Position numbers and translations under genes: made by a program | Notes under the pieces: generated by a model | What the model was told of the DNA's origin: nothing | What the model saw: only the letters and a program-made list of their open reading frames with translations | Database searches by the model: none | Assembly (NCBI GenBank): GCA_030149205.1 | Contig: JASBSB010000007.1 | Span: forward strand, 60,001-92,000 | DNA: 32,000 bases | DNA from: Candidatus Heimdallarchaeota archaeon | GTDB taxonomy: Archaea; Asgardarchaeota; Heimdallarchaeia; Heimdallarchaeales; Kariarchaeaceae | Reading direction: 5' to 3' | Shown: piece by piece, positions 1 to 10,700 of the stretch | Layout: each line of letters begins with the position of its first letter | How positions within the stretch are numbered: the stretch's first letter is position 1

Positions 1-1
1 A

Positions 2-1690
2 CGTTCTACTGAGTTTTTGGAGGATTTGAATATTTTAAGAAAATCTTTGACTGAGAATAAAGCTTCAATTATCGCCCATGGTGAGTTAGAGTTTATCATC
101 AAACAGGTAAATATCTTTGGGTTTCATCTTGCACCACTTGATTTGAGACAGCACTCTAAACGTCACCTTGAAACAGTTTCAGAGATTTTTCATTTCATCG
201 GTGTGCAAGATTTTGATAAGCTGGGATTTGAGGATAAAAGAGACATATTGCTTAAAGAGCTGAACAATCTTAGACCACTGGGTGCTCTGTTTAATCTCAA
301 TAATTTTTCAGATAATGTTAAAGAGATTATTAGAACTTTATTAGTGGCTAAACAATCAATTGAAACCATATCACCTCGTGTGATTGATTCTTACATCATT
401 TCAATGAGTAAGGATGAAACAGATGTTTATAATCTGATGTTGTTGATGAAGGAGATTGGATTGATCAAAATCAAGGATGGAAAGGCAATTTTTGGTCTTA
501 TAGATATAGTTCCACTTTTTGAGACCAAGCTGGATTTAGAAAATGCACCAGAAGTTATGGATAGACTCTACTCAGACCCACTTTATAGATCCTACATCAA
601 TTTAAAGCAAAACACACAGGAGATTATGATTGGGTATAGTGATAGCATGAAGGATGCAGGATTTCTTCAATCTAATTTCATGCTTATTCAGGCACAATTG
701 AGGTTGAAAGAAGTTGCAGATAAGCATGGGGTAAAACTTAGAATATTTCATGGGAGAGGAGGTTCTATTTCAAGAGGCGGAGGTCCCACACACAAGTCAA
801 TTTTAGGGCAACTCCCTGAGACCGTTTTTAACATCAAAATTACAGAGCAAGGAGAGGTAATAGGATTCAATTATGCAAATAAACTCATTGCTTACAGACA
901 TTTAGAGCAAATTGTAAGTGCAGGTGTGTATCGCTGTGTCAGTGACATAAAGCTTCCGAGAGAGCAAAACAAGGCTTACAACTATGAAAGATATTTTAGT
1001 GTATTGAAAGAACTAGCCTCTACCTCCTATATCACATATGAGAAGTTGGTGAAACACGATCCAGAATTTTTGAAGTTTTACCAAGAATTTACACCTTTGG
1101 ATGTGATTGAACGAGCTACAATTGGATCACGTCCGAGTAGAAGAGGTATTGGAGAAGTTAAGGGAATCGAGGACCTTCGTGCCATTCCTTGGGTCTTTTC
1201 TTGGATGCAAACGAGATTAATTTTTACAGCCTATTATGGAGCTGGTACAGCACTTCGTACATTCATCAGTCAAAAGGGAATAAGTACTTTAAAGGAAATT
1301 TATACTGAATGGCCTTTTTTTCAATCATTAATTGATAACCTTCAAATGATCTGTACAAAGGTTGATATTGATATTGCAAAACAATATCTGGAGCTTTGTC
1401 TGACTGCGGATGTGAAAATATTCGATCAAATCTCTGAGGAGTATGATAAAACCAAGGCTAGTATACTCGAATTGGTGGGTGAAAAGGAACTTTTAGAGAG
1501 TGCACCAGACATTAGAAACTCAGTTCTCAGAAGAAATCCCTACACAGATCCATTAAATCTTATTCAGGTGGAGCTTGTAAAAGAATGGCGTAGTAAAGGT
1601 AAACCCGATGATCTTTCATCCACGGGATTGTTAAGGTCTCTTTTACAAACTGTCAATGGAATTGCAGCAGGTCTAAAAAACACAGGTTAA
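2..1690 (+). CDS. ppc: Phosphoenolpyruvate carboxylase, bacterial/plant type (5'-truncated by window edge)
   Basis: Motifs QEIMIGYSDSMKDAG, FHGRGGSISRGGGP, TEQGEVI, LRAIPWVFSWMQ, RRNPYTDPLN and C-terminal GIAAGLKNTG. The frame is open from position 2 (RSTEFLEDL...). Confidence 0.96.
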   Translation, partial: RSTEFLEDLNILRKSLTENKASIIAHGELEFIIKQVNIFGFHLAPLDLRQHSKRHLETVSEIFHFIGVQDFDKLGFEDKRDILLKELNNLRPLGALFNLNNFSDNVKEIIRTLLVAKQSIETISPRVIDSYIISMSKDETDVYNLMLLMKEIGLIKIKDGKAIFGLIDIVPLFETKLDLENAPEVMDRLYSDPLYRSYINLKQNTQEIMIGYSDSMKDAGFLQSNFMLIQAQLRLKEVADKHGVKLRIFHGRGGSISRGGGPTHKSILGQLPETVFNIKITEQGEVIGFNYANKLIAYRHLEQIVSAGVYRCVSDIKLPREQNKAYNYERYFSVLKELASTSYITYEKLVKHDPEFLKFYQEFTPLDVIERATIGSRPSRRGIGEVKGIEDLRAIPWVFSWMQTRLIFTAYYGAGTALRTFISQKGISTLKEIYTEWPFFQSLIDNLQMICTKVDIDIAKQYLELCLTADVKIFDQISEEYDKTKASILELVGEKELLESAPDIRNSVLRRNPYTDPLNLIQVELVKEWRSKGKPDDLSSTGLLRSLLQTVNGIAAGLKNTG

Positions 1691-1803
1691 AAGAGAATAG
1701 TGGAGTAAATTTCTAAAAAATAGTTGCGATTATAATTAAGTAAGAAGTAAAATATTATATTTAGATATAATAGTGATTGTATAGTTGGAAAAGGAGATCA
1801 AAA

Positions 1804-2598
1804 ATGAGTACAGTCATTTATAACAAAGAAGGAACCTTTCTGAGCACAGTTAAAAACATTGCTAAAATTACATTGAACAAACCGGGATCATTAAATGCAC
1901 TTGGTCCAGATCTATTAGGTGATTTGGAGGATGCATTTACGAAGGCAGAAGAAGACCCAGAGGTAAGAACAATTATTATTACTGGTGAAGGAAAGGCATT
2001 CTGTGCTGGAGCAGATCTCAAAGCTCTTGGACAGTTGAATGAACAGGAGGCACATGAATATTCTAAGAGAGGCCAGGCATTTTTCAGAAGAATTGAAAAT
2101 TCATCAAAAGCAGTAATTGCAGCAATAAATGGAATCTGTCTAGGAGGAGGATTAGAGATGGCAATGTCATGTGATATCCGCGTTGCAGCAGCAGAGATAA
2201 AGATCGGGTTACCAGAGGTTTCTTTGGGATTGATCCCAGCATGGGGTGGTTCTCAAAGACTACCCAGACTGGTTGGTATGTCAAAAGCACGAGAAATGAT
2301 TTTGACTGGAACCTTTATTTCATCAGAAGAGGCATTAGAAATGGGTCTTGTAAGTAAAGTTGTACCAGCTGATGAACTGGCAGCAACAGCAGGATTTCTC
2401 GCAGCTAAGGTTGGAGATAATGCACCTTTGGCAGTTAAATATGCTAAAGAGTCAATGAATAAGAGCAGAACTGCAACAATTGAAGAAGGAAACGCCTTTG
2501 AGCTTGAGATCGCAGACAAATTGGCAAAAACCTCTGATCTTAGAGAGGGTATCACCGCAGTCTTGGAAAAAAGAAAGCCAGTGTTTAAAGGCGAGTAA
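1804..2598 (+). CDS. Enoyl-CoA hydratase/isomerase (crotonase family)
   Basis: AFCAGADL, AAINGICLGGGLEMAMSCDIR, GLPEVSLGLIPAWGG with both catalytic Glu. Start placed at ATG 1804, after the SD-like AAGGAGAT. Confidence 0.95.
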   Translation: MSTVIYNKEGTFLSTVKNIAKITLNKPGSLNALGPDLLGDLEDAFTKAEEDPEVRTIIITGEGKAFCAGADLKALGQLNEQEAHEYSKRGQAFFRRIENSSKAVIAAINGICLGGGLEMAMSCDIRVAAAEIKIGLPEVSLGLIPAWGGSQRLPRLVGMSKAREMILTGTFISSEEALEMGLVSKVVPADELAATAGFLAAKVGDNAPLAVKYAKESMNKSRTATIEEGNAFELEIADKLAKTSDLREGITAVLEKRKPVFKGE

Positions 2599-2631
2599 GT
2601 GCAATAGTTAGTTACTAGGTGAAAAATAGAT

Positions 2632-3792
2632 ATGGATGATGATATTGTAATAGTTGGAGGAGGTCAATCAAAGTTTGGGAAGCGAAAGGGGCTCGGTATT
2701 CGAGAGCTTGCCTTTGAAGCTGTCTCAGATTTGATGAATGATTTCAACATGGGAATTGAGGATATAGACGCCTCAGTTATTGGTATAGCTGGAGAGGAAT
2801 TCTCCGGGCAAGGTGCACCGGCAGCTGTTGTGGTTGATGAAATTGGGATGGTGGGGAAGCCAACCATTCGGGTAGAATCAGCTTGTGCCACTGGATCAGC
2901 CGGAATAAAAACAGCCTATGGATGGATTAAGGCAGGTTTTTATGACACCGTGATGGTTGTAGGTGTTGAAAAAATGACTTCAGTAAGTTCTGCAAGAGCG
3001 ACAGAACTTATGGCAAGAGCAGGAGATGTGAGATGGGAATCACCTTATGGTTGCTCATTTCCGGGATATTATGCAATAATGGCATCTGCCCACATGAAGG
3101 AGTACGGAACAACAAAAGAGATGCTTTCAAGCGTTGGAGTTAAGGCCCATCATTATGGTTCATTAAATCCTAAAGCACATATCCAAAAAGAGGTTAGCTT
3201 GGAAGAAGCAGTTAATTCAATTCCAATTGCTTATCCGCTAAATCTTTATGACTGTTCTTTAATTTCAGATGGTGCAGCAGCGGTTGTGCTTACCAAAGCC
3301 AGCCTGGCAAAGAAATATACAGACTCCCCCGTTAGAATAAAAGGTGTGGGATCTGGTTCTGACACAATGGAAATTGCGCACAGAAAATCATTAACAAGCC
3401 TGAGTGGGGCAAAAGAAGCTGCTAGAAGAGCATATAAAATGGCAGGAGTTACTGCGAAAGACATCGATGTAGCTGAGGTGCATGATTGCTTCACGATTGC
3501 AGAAATCATTGCAACGGAGGACCTTGGATTTTTCGAACCAGGACAGGGAGGTCCAGCAGCACTTGATGGGCAAACCTACATTGGAGGCAAAATTCCAATT
3601 AATGTAGATGGTGGACTAAAATCAAAGGGACATCCCCTAGGTGCTACCGGTGTGTCTCAGGCAAATGAGATTAGAAACCAGTTGTTGGGTAAATCTTATA
3701 ACAGACAGGTAGAAGGAGCAAAAATTGGCTTGTCACACAATGTTGGACAATCTGGACAGTTCGTAAATGTCATGATTTATGACAGGGTGTAA
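2632..3792 (+). CDS. Thiolase (archaeal/SCP2-thiolase-like acetyl-CoA C-acyltransferase)
   Basis: VESACATGS (catalytic Cys), AEVHDCFTIAE, KSKGHPLGATG. SD AGGTGA at about 2617-2622. Confidence 0.95.
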   Translation: MDDDIVIVGGGQSKFGKRKGLGIRELAFEAVSDLMNDFNMGIEDIDASVIGIAGEEFSGQGAPAAVVVDEIGMVGKPTIRVESACATGSAGIKTAYGWIKAGFYDTVMVVGVEKMTSVSSARATELMARAGDVRWESPYGCSFPGYYAIMASAHMKEYGTTKEMLSSVGVKAHHYGSLNPKAHIQKEVSLEEAVNSIPIAYPLNLYDCSLISDGAAAVVLTKASLAKKYTDSPVRIKGVGSGSDTMEIAHRKSLTSLSGAKEAARRAYKMAGVTAKDIDVAEVHDCFTIAEIIATEDLGFFEPGQGGPAALDGQTYIGGKIPINVDGGLKSKGHPLGATGVSQANEIRNQLLGKSYNRQVEGAKIGLSHNVGQSGQFVNVMIYDRV

Positions 3793-3800
3793 GGAGTGAA

Positions 3801-4226
3801 ATGAAGATGTCATCACAAGAAACTATGAAATTTGGTTATGTAACTTATGAAGAGGTTGTTCCTATTGCCTCAGAATTTGCAAAGTATTTGGAAGAGGGTA
3901 AAATCATGGGAAATCGCTGTAAAAAATGCGATACAAAATTCCTTCCTCCAAGATCTGGTTGTAATAAATGCTTTAGCACTGACATGGAATATTTTGAGGT
4001 AAAACCTGAAGCTACCCTTAGAGGATTCACTGTTATTCATTTTGCCCCAGAATCATTTTCTGATAAGGCACCATACATTGTGGCTGTTGGAGAATTGGAG
4101 AACGGATTAAGCGTTCTTGCACACTTGGTTGGTGTTACTTCCATGCCAGATGTTGGAATGAAAATGAAACTCGTGCCACAAAAAATTTCAAAAGACAGAA
4201 TTGTCTATAAATTTACAAAAGCATAA
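3801..4226 (+). CDS. DUF35-family Zn-ribbon/OB-fold protein (thiolase partner)
   Basis: CKKC...PPRSGCNKC Zn ribbon followed by an OB-like region (FTVIH...PYIVAVGELENG). It lies directly after the thiolase, with SD GGAGTG. Confidence 0.92.
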   Translation: MKMSSQETMKFGYVTYEEVVPIASEFAKYLEEGKIMGNRCKKCDTKFLPPRSGCNKCFSTDMEYFEVKPEATLRGFTVIHFAPESFSDKAPYIVAVGELENGLSVLAHLVGVTSMPDVGMKMKLVPQKISKDRIVYKFTKA

Positions 4227-4314
4227 AATCCAAGACACAATTTATTACAAACAATTTATGACAGAGCTACCGATAATTAAAAAAGATGAAAATTTGAGAA
4301 TGCTTTGTAGATCG

Positions 4315-5499
4315 ATGAAATTTAAGCATGCATTACTCTTAGGATTGTTGGTTTTATCTGTGTTTATGCTACCAGCGGCTTCAGGTCAGGTAACACAGAA
4401 AACCTTTGTTATTCTTTACGACCAGTCTCATGGTCAGTATTTCACAAAAGATAATATGACAACCGTCTTTAATAACTTCAAACAAATTGAGACGAAATTC
4501 AACATCAAAATAGAACTTAGAACACTAAACACATCATTCAATTTTACAAATCTACAGGGAGTTGATCTATTAATTGTGAGTAATCCTTCTGAAAATGCTA
4601 CGCTTAGTGCAACTGAAAAATCTGCGTTGGCAAATTATGCCTCGAATGGAGGTAGCACACTATACTTAGGTAATCCCTATTCATTTAATAATAAAATCAG
4701 CTCACATCCAAGGATTATTAATGAGATGATGAACCTGAACCTCCAGTCAAGAGCAGATTTTGTGACTCGGGATGCTACCAAACCTAACGTAGGCACAGTT
4801 ATGATTGATGATTTTAATAACAAGGGGAACATTTCATACCTGACATTCAAGAGAGACACCATAACTCCCGAATCTTTGGTCTCTGGTGTAAAAAATATTT
4901 CTCAGGTTGTTTTTTATGGAACTGGAGTTTTAGATAAGAATTCAATTGCTTCAAACATTAAGCAGGTTGTATATGGAAACACTTCATCAACTGCCTATTT
5001 GGTGACTGGAAACTACACATTAACTGCCACAGCAGAGCTTTTCCATTGGTTTGTCGGTAAGAGCTATGCAAATTCAAGAAGCTTATCAATTGGTAGTACT
5101 ATTATGTTCAGTGACATGTTTGTGAACAACAACAAAACACTTGGAAAATGGATTAACCAAGGAGATAATCTTGGCTTTTTCATAAACACTGTTACCTGGT
5201 TATTGAAAATTATTCCACAACAAAACAATGCACCCATAATTAACCAATCATTTCAGTTCTTTATCGAGTTCAATCTGATGGTAAGTATTATTGCAGCGTT
5301 ACTCTTTGTTTTGTTGGTTGTTTCTGTTCTTGTCTTCAGTAAAAAGATGAGCTTTGCAGATGTTTTTAAGGTAAGAGTTGAAAAAGTAGGCTACGGTAAG
5401 AGCAGATCAAGAGGCAAAACATCTGAGGGTTCAGATGAATCGACTCCAACTAAAAAAGAGAGAACCAAGAAAAGAAGAAAACGAAAGTCCGCACGTTAG
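4315..5499 (+). CDS. Membrane-anchored protein with GldG/IFT52/DUF4350-like extracellular domain
   Basis: Signal-peptide-like MKFKHALLLGLLVLSVFMLPAASG from ATG 4315. Motifs ILYDQSHGQ, DLLIVSNP, NYASNGGS and DNLGFFINTVTWL; a C-terminal TM helix and a basic tail. Confidence 0.65.
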   Translation: MKFKHALLLGLLVLSVFMLPAASGQVTQKTFVILYDQSHGQYFTKDNMTTVFNNFKQIETKFNIKIELRTLNTSFNFTNLQGVDLLIVSNPSENATLSATEKSALANYASNGGSTLYLGNPYSFNNKISSHPRIINEMMNLNLQSRADFVTRDATKPNVGTVMIDDFNNKGNISYLTFKRDTITPESLVSGVKNISQVVFYGTGVLDKNSIASNIKQVVYGNTSSTAYLVTGNYTLTATAELFHWFVGKSYANSRSLSIGSTIMFSDMFVNNNKTLGKWINQGDNLGFFINTVTWLLKIIPQQNNAPIINQSFQFFIEFNLMVSIIAALLFVLLVVSVLVFSKKMSFADVFKVRVEKVGYGKSRSRGKTSEGSDESTPTKKERTKKRRKRKSAR

Positions 5500-5513
5500 T
5501 TCTAAAGATAAAA

Positions 5514-7793
5514 CTATTCAAATTTATCAACTTTAACCCTATTGACATTCTTAAGAAGAAAATCTATATTATCAAAATACTCTGATGGTTCTTTGTTGTT
5601 GATTAAAGAAAGCTGAGCTTCATCTCCCATCTCATTGTTAACCTGAATGAACTTTTCTGTGACATTTAACACAACCTCAGGTGAAAGAAATTGTGAAAGA
5701 AGTGTCAAATCAAAATTGTAATCATAAATCTGATCATCTCTCTCAGATTGTTGAGAATACAATTGAACATTATTTTTTATATATTTGATAAGATACCCAA
5801 TTAAGTTTGAGTTGTAATAGATTGAAAATACCTCACCACTCATTTTTTGTGCTGGTAGTTGAAGACTTGGATTTTCAATGATCAGATCAGGAAGATAGAG
5901 GATTGTTAGAGGGTCATTATCAGGATAAATTTGAACCAAGGGGTTATTTGGATCCTCAGTTGTAGAATTAAGAAAATTCAGTGTTTGGGGAGTTGTGTAG
6001 TATTTGTCATCAGAATCTTCTACCTCGAATAAAGCAATCTTGTCAACGCGTAGCAATTTACTTAATAGATTATCTAGCTCTTGGAATGTCCATCCAAAAT
6101 ATCTCGACAGTTGAATTGTCGAAAGGGGAAGATTACGATTTAACAACATTAACAGCTGTCTTTCCATAGATTTACTTTTGGTCAGACCTAGGTGTTCCAG
6201 CCCAGATTCATAGGTTCTCCATTTCAACAGTTCAAAGTTGGATAATAATGTTGGTACTCTCTTAATGAGATGATACTTCTCTAGGAATTTTAATCGTTGA
6301 ACGAATGATTTGAATGGTATATTCAACATTGCTTCTAATTCATAAGAACTTGGACTTGTTCCTCCATTCTGCTCAATTCTACTAAGCTCTCTGATGATTT
6401 TTTGATCCAAAAAATGGAGATTTGGTTTTTGTGGGAATAATAATTTTATCTCTGCAGCCTGCTGAGGGGTAACAAAAGAAAGTCTATTGTTGAAGGCGTA
6501 AACAAGGTTACAAGCTGAGATCTTTTCGTCAGTTACATTAATCCCCCTGTTTGAGAATGAAAGTTTTGAATGTAAGGGCCCAACGTTAGAAAGAAGATCC
6601 ATAATATCCTCAAAATGTCCTGTCTGAAGTTTTAGAAGTTTAGAATAATATGTCGTGGTATAGATCATTTTAGAGGACTTCTTTGGTTTTTCATATTTGC
6701 TTAGTACCAACTTCTCATTTGAGTGAATATATCCTCGAGAGATTATAGTTGAAAAAATCAACGCGGACTCCTTTGCTAACTGACCTGAGGTGAAATCAAT
6801 ATCCATTTTATACCCTAAACCCTCAGCCCAGTTCGATATATTCTGAAGAATCTGTTGAATAGGAGTTTGCTCATTCTTTAATCCCTGAAAATTGGTCAAA
6901 ATCAATGTTCTCTTGCTTGATAAGAGTTTAATTTTGAATTGAGCAACAATTTTGAAATTTAAGATATAAAAGCTAAGATTCTTCCTAGGGGCTGGTTGGA
7001 TTTCTTCCATAAGGATGGAATGTAAGGCATCTGAAGGATCAACAATAATCCTAGAGAAAGTTGATTCATTAGTCTCCTCATCATCAGAGAGTCTGAAATA
7101 TTCAGATACACCTCTTGTTAGATACATCCCTCTCTCGATTATCTCCTCATCAGTAAGTTGTTTGATTGGGTTGGCAAGAGCAAACTTTGAAAGCAACAAA
7201 AAGTCAGCTAACTGCCCAATTGACAAGATTCTATACCGTTTAAGGAGCTCAACAATAGCAAATTTGATTAAATCTTCCTTCAGATCTGGTAAAATACTCT
7301 TTTTACTTGTGTCTAGATGTTTTAGAAGTGAATGAGACTCCCAATAATGCTTTTTACCACGTGAAAACATGGGAATCACCAAAAAAGATTTTTGAAGGTT
7401 AGTAAGCTCTTGTCTTGTTTTTGTTGAAGTTTTACCGATTTTCGCGGCTATTTCTGTGTTAGTAAGATTTGATTCTCTTTTCAAGAGTTTAAGAATTTCC
7501 CCCCCTTCGGGTTTGTTGGCATCCGAAATATGTAATTTCAGCAGCAGATGAAGAATAGATAGAGATAACCTCTTGGGATTATTCTTAACTAAAATTTCGG
7601 CACAGTTGTTATTGAAAATCTTTTTTGCAAAATATTCCTTTATCTCAACACGGGTTGTAATGCTCAATAAATTGTTTGTCCACCAGATTCCACTTAACAG
7701 GTCATCCCGGTTGTGTCTGGACATATTTGAGATAAATGTCAAATGATGCTGTAACCGTTGCTTGTTTAATGAATTAAATTCCAATTTGGTCAA
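5514..7793 (-). CDS. 759-aa winged-helix-repeat protein, similar in style to the Lhr C-terminal (HTH_42/AlkZ-like) region
   Basis: Several wHTH-like segments (LTNTEIAAKIG, LSIGQLADFLLLS, LSTIQLSRYFGWT) and two D-P/beta-strand modules. The TTG start overlaps the lhr TGA (TTGA). Confidence 0.6.
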   Translation of the reverse strand: MTKLEFNSLNKQRLQHHLTFISNMSRHNRDDLLSGIWWTNNLLSITTRVEIKEYFAKKIFNNNCAEILVKNNPKRLSLSILHLLLKLHISDANKPEGGEILKLLKRESNLTNTEIAAKIGKTSTKTRQELTNLQKSFLVIPMFSRGKKHYWESHSLLKHLDTSKKSILPDLKEDLIKFAIVELLKRYRILSIGQLADFLLLSKFALANPIKQLTDEEIIERGMYLTRGVSEYFRLSDDEETNESTFSRIIVDPSDALHSILMEEIQPAPRKNLSFYILNFKIVAQFKIKLLSSKRTLILTNFQGLKNEQTPIQQILQNISNWAEGLGYKMDIDFTSGQLAKESALIFSTIISRGYIHSNEKLVLSKYEKPKKSSKMIYTTTYYSKLLKLQTGHFEDIMDLLSNVGPLHSKLSFSNRGINVTDEKISACNLVYAFNNRLSFVTPQQAAEIKLLFPQKPNLHFLDQKIIRELSRIEQNGGTSPSSYELEAMLNIPFKSFVQRLKFLEKYHLIKRVPTLLSNFELLKWRTYESGLEHLGLTKSKSMERQLLMLLNRNLPLSTIQLSRYFGWTFQELDNLLSKLLRVDKIALFEVEDSDDKYYTTPQTLNFLNSTTEDPNNPLVQIYPDNDPLTILYLPDLIIENPSLQLPAQKMSGEVFSIYYNSNLIGYLIKYIKNNVQLYSQQSERDDQIYDYNFDLTLLSQFLSPEVVLNVTEKFIQVNNEMGDEAQLSLINNKEPSEYFDNIDFLLKNVNRVKVDKFE

Positions 7794-10700
7794 GTCTTTA
7801 CACCTTCCCAGAATCTTGGCTGAAACTGATTAATTTGATTGATTGAAAGGACACGAAATCCCTGTTTGAAATAGTGTTGCTCTATATACTCAAATACAGC
7901 ATTCAGTTGCTTTGCACTTTGAATCGTTCCAGATTGGAGATTTTCTAATTCAATCACATCATTGGTTTCAGAAATTTTTAACCCTAACATTATTTCCCCT
8001 CGATAAACTACTAAATGAGACATTCTTTCGAAATATACCTTGGTATGCTTTAATAGCTCGATAAACGAAGGAGATAAATTATCAACGAAAAGAATTTCTG
8101 GTAAAAGTGCAGCTCTTGATGAGTTCTCCAGAAGTGAAATGAGATCATTTTTAAGATAAAAAACCTCTTTGATAGGTTCTTGTAACAGTAGCAATGAAAG
8201 TTCCTTACTTTCCAGCATTTTACTTATCTGTAACAATATCAATGGTCTTGGAACAGAACCATAGAATATCCCAACTATCTCTGACATTGTGACCAATGAA
8301 TTCATAGATATAAAAGCTAAAATCCTCTCTTTTATCAATTCTGAAGTTATTTTATGCTGGCGTATTGAATGGTAGCTACGAAATTTTCCATCTGGGATAT
8401 ATGAATAGATCAACCGTCTTTTCGACAGAGTTCTAAGAATTTCACTAAGCAGTTCATCAGAAATTTTAGCTTGAGTTACCAAGGATGATTTTGTTAACCC
8501 TCCCTGTTCTCTTAACAGATTGAGAACCCTTTTCTCCTCTATTCCTAGATTCTCTTCCTTTGGTTTGAAATTCCAATCCCAATAAAACGGGTTGTAGTAT
8601 GTATCCTGAAGAAAGTAAAGTTCTTCCTCCTCTACAAACCTGTTCAATGTGTGAATAGTTGTAGCAGGAGTGGTTTCAAATTCTCTCAGTATATCTGCTG
8701 TTATGAATGAGGTGGAAGCATTCACAAAATCATTTAAAGTTTGATGCCCTTGATATCGCCCAAGAAGCTTTAATTCTATAATATCTTGTAGGTTAATCAC
8801 CTCTTTTCTGAAGTGCTTCGTGACTAGATAATCAACAAACAATTGAAATCCGTTTCTGATAAATATCTGAGTCAAGAGCTGAATTTTCTCCAGATTGGGG
8901 GCCTGCTTGTTAATCTCTTCAATCGATAGAATATTTGTCTGAAATGCAAGATATGTGATTCTTTTTAGTTCTTTTGCTAATGCGGTTATAAAGGGTTGAT
9001 CATAGAGAAAATCCTGTTTTAACTGGATGTTAATAATCTGTACATGATTAATTGACTGGGGAATCAGGTCTATCTGACCTATTATAGTGCCATCATAAAA
9101 AATGGAGAGAAATTTTTGCGCAGGATGTATCTTCTGATGAAACAGGCTGGAAACAGTTGTAAAAAATTGATCAGATTCATTGATTATCTTTAATTGGAGT
9201 GATGGAAGAGTCTCAAGCTTAAGATAATTATTGAATTCATCTAAATCATTTATATAATAGGTAATAGAACCATCAAGGATACTTATCTCAAAAATCCTCC
9301 GTTCAGAGAGGAGTTCGGATAGATAAGACTCTATCACACTATACTGCAATCTAGAAAGTTGGATAAGGCTATCTAATGTGAGGGGAGAGAACCACTGGAC
9401 GATTTTTTCTAAAAACATTTTTTGGTTTAATTTGATCGTCTCTTCGTCAGTATCTGTAATTTGTGGCAATGGATAATAGAATTCCTCATTCAAACTGTGA
9501 AGCAGACGATTTAATCCACTTTTTCCGATGTATAACTGACTTTCAAGAAGTGAGAGGGTCTCCTTCAGCTTTGTTCTTTCTATCCTTGTCTCTGAGACGA
9601 GTTTCTTCAGATTTGCCCCAGGAAACCTTTGTATTGTCTCTAGTACAAATTCCTCTGTATCTGTCAATTTAAGGTCAAATTCTCTAAATGTGTAGATTCC
9701 CAACACACAGTCTTTTTCATGAACAAACCAAGGTTTACCCTGAAGGAAGGGAACCAGATAAATTTCATTATTATGAATTTCTGCTATCAAATCCTCCACA
9801 TTAAAGTTCGTAATTCGACTAATTAACTGAAAAATGTCTCGAATTGGACTTCGTTCCAATACATATTCATTTACATCTCCGTCATATGATTTAAAGTATT
9901 TTTGTATCTTATAGTTATAAATATCAACATCCGATATAATGGTACTGGTTCGCTCTGATTTTTGAACTAGATTGTCTCTATCTGATCTTAACAGCAATTG
10001 ATTTTCCTCAGAAATGAAAGCTCCTGAGTAGATAACGAAATTTCTCTTTAAATAGTTAAGAGACCTGGAAAAGAGAGTTGATTCGACTTGTAACCTTTTG
10101 AAAAGTTCATCTCTTGTTATTGGACCGCTAAAAGTCAGAATTTGAATAATAAGTGATTCAATAGTCTGATTTGCGCTTAGTTTTGAATTGAATGTGTAGA
10201 TTTCCTTTAAGAGAGCAGGCTCAATAGGTTCATCCAGGAGGTTTCTTAGCTTTTTTAACTCCCTTGATTTTAAGGAGTACCCCAGCCTTAACTGAGGCTC
10301 AACAAAAATCAGATCTCCGTTGGTGTAAATTTTACTCTTAATTTCATCTGGCAATTCACTGAACAAAATATTAGCAAAATTCTCTAAATCAATCTGAAAA
10401 TTTTTCTTTGTACATGTCAACCCATTTGCCAAAATCATTCTTTCAATCCTTTGATAAAGTGTTAACTTTGAGTCATTGATCTTAGAACTGAAATAATCTC
10501 TTAAGAGTTGCTTATCAAATACACCACTCGTAACCCTTTTTGGTAGCAACTGCTTTATGACCTGTTTATGTAGTGATAGAAGAAGCTCTCTCCTGTCTTG
10601 CATCAAGACCACATCTGAGTTAGAGGCTAGTATTATCTCATGGGTCAATGGGGATGGGGTGTTGTTTCCAGACTTATCAACAACAGAAATATCTCCTGAT

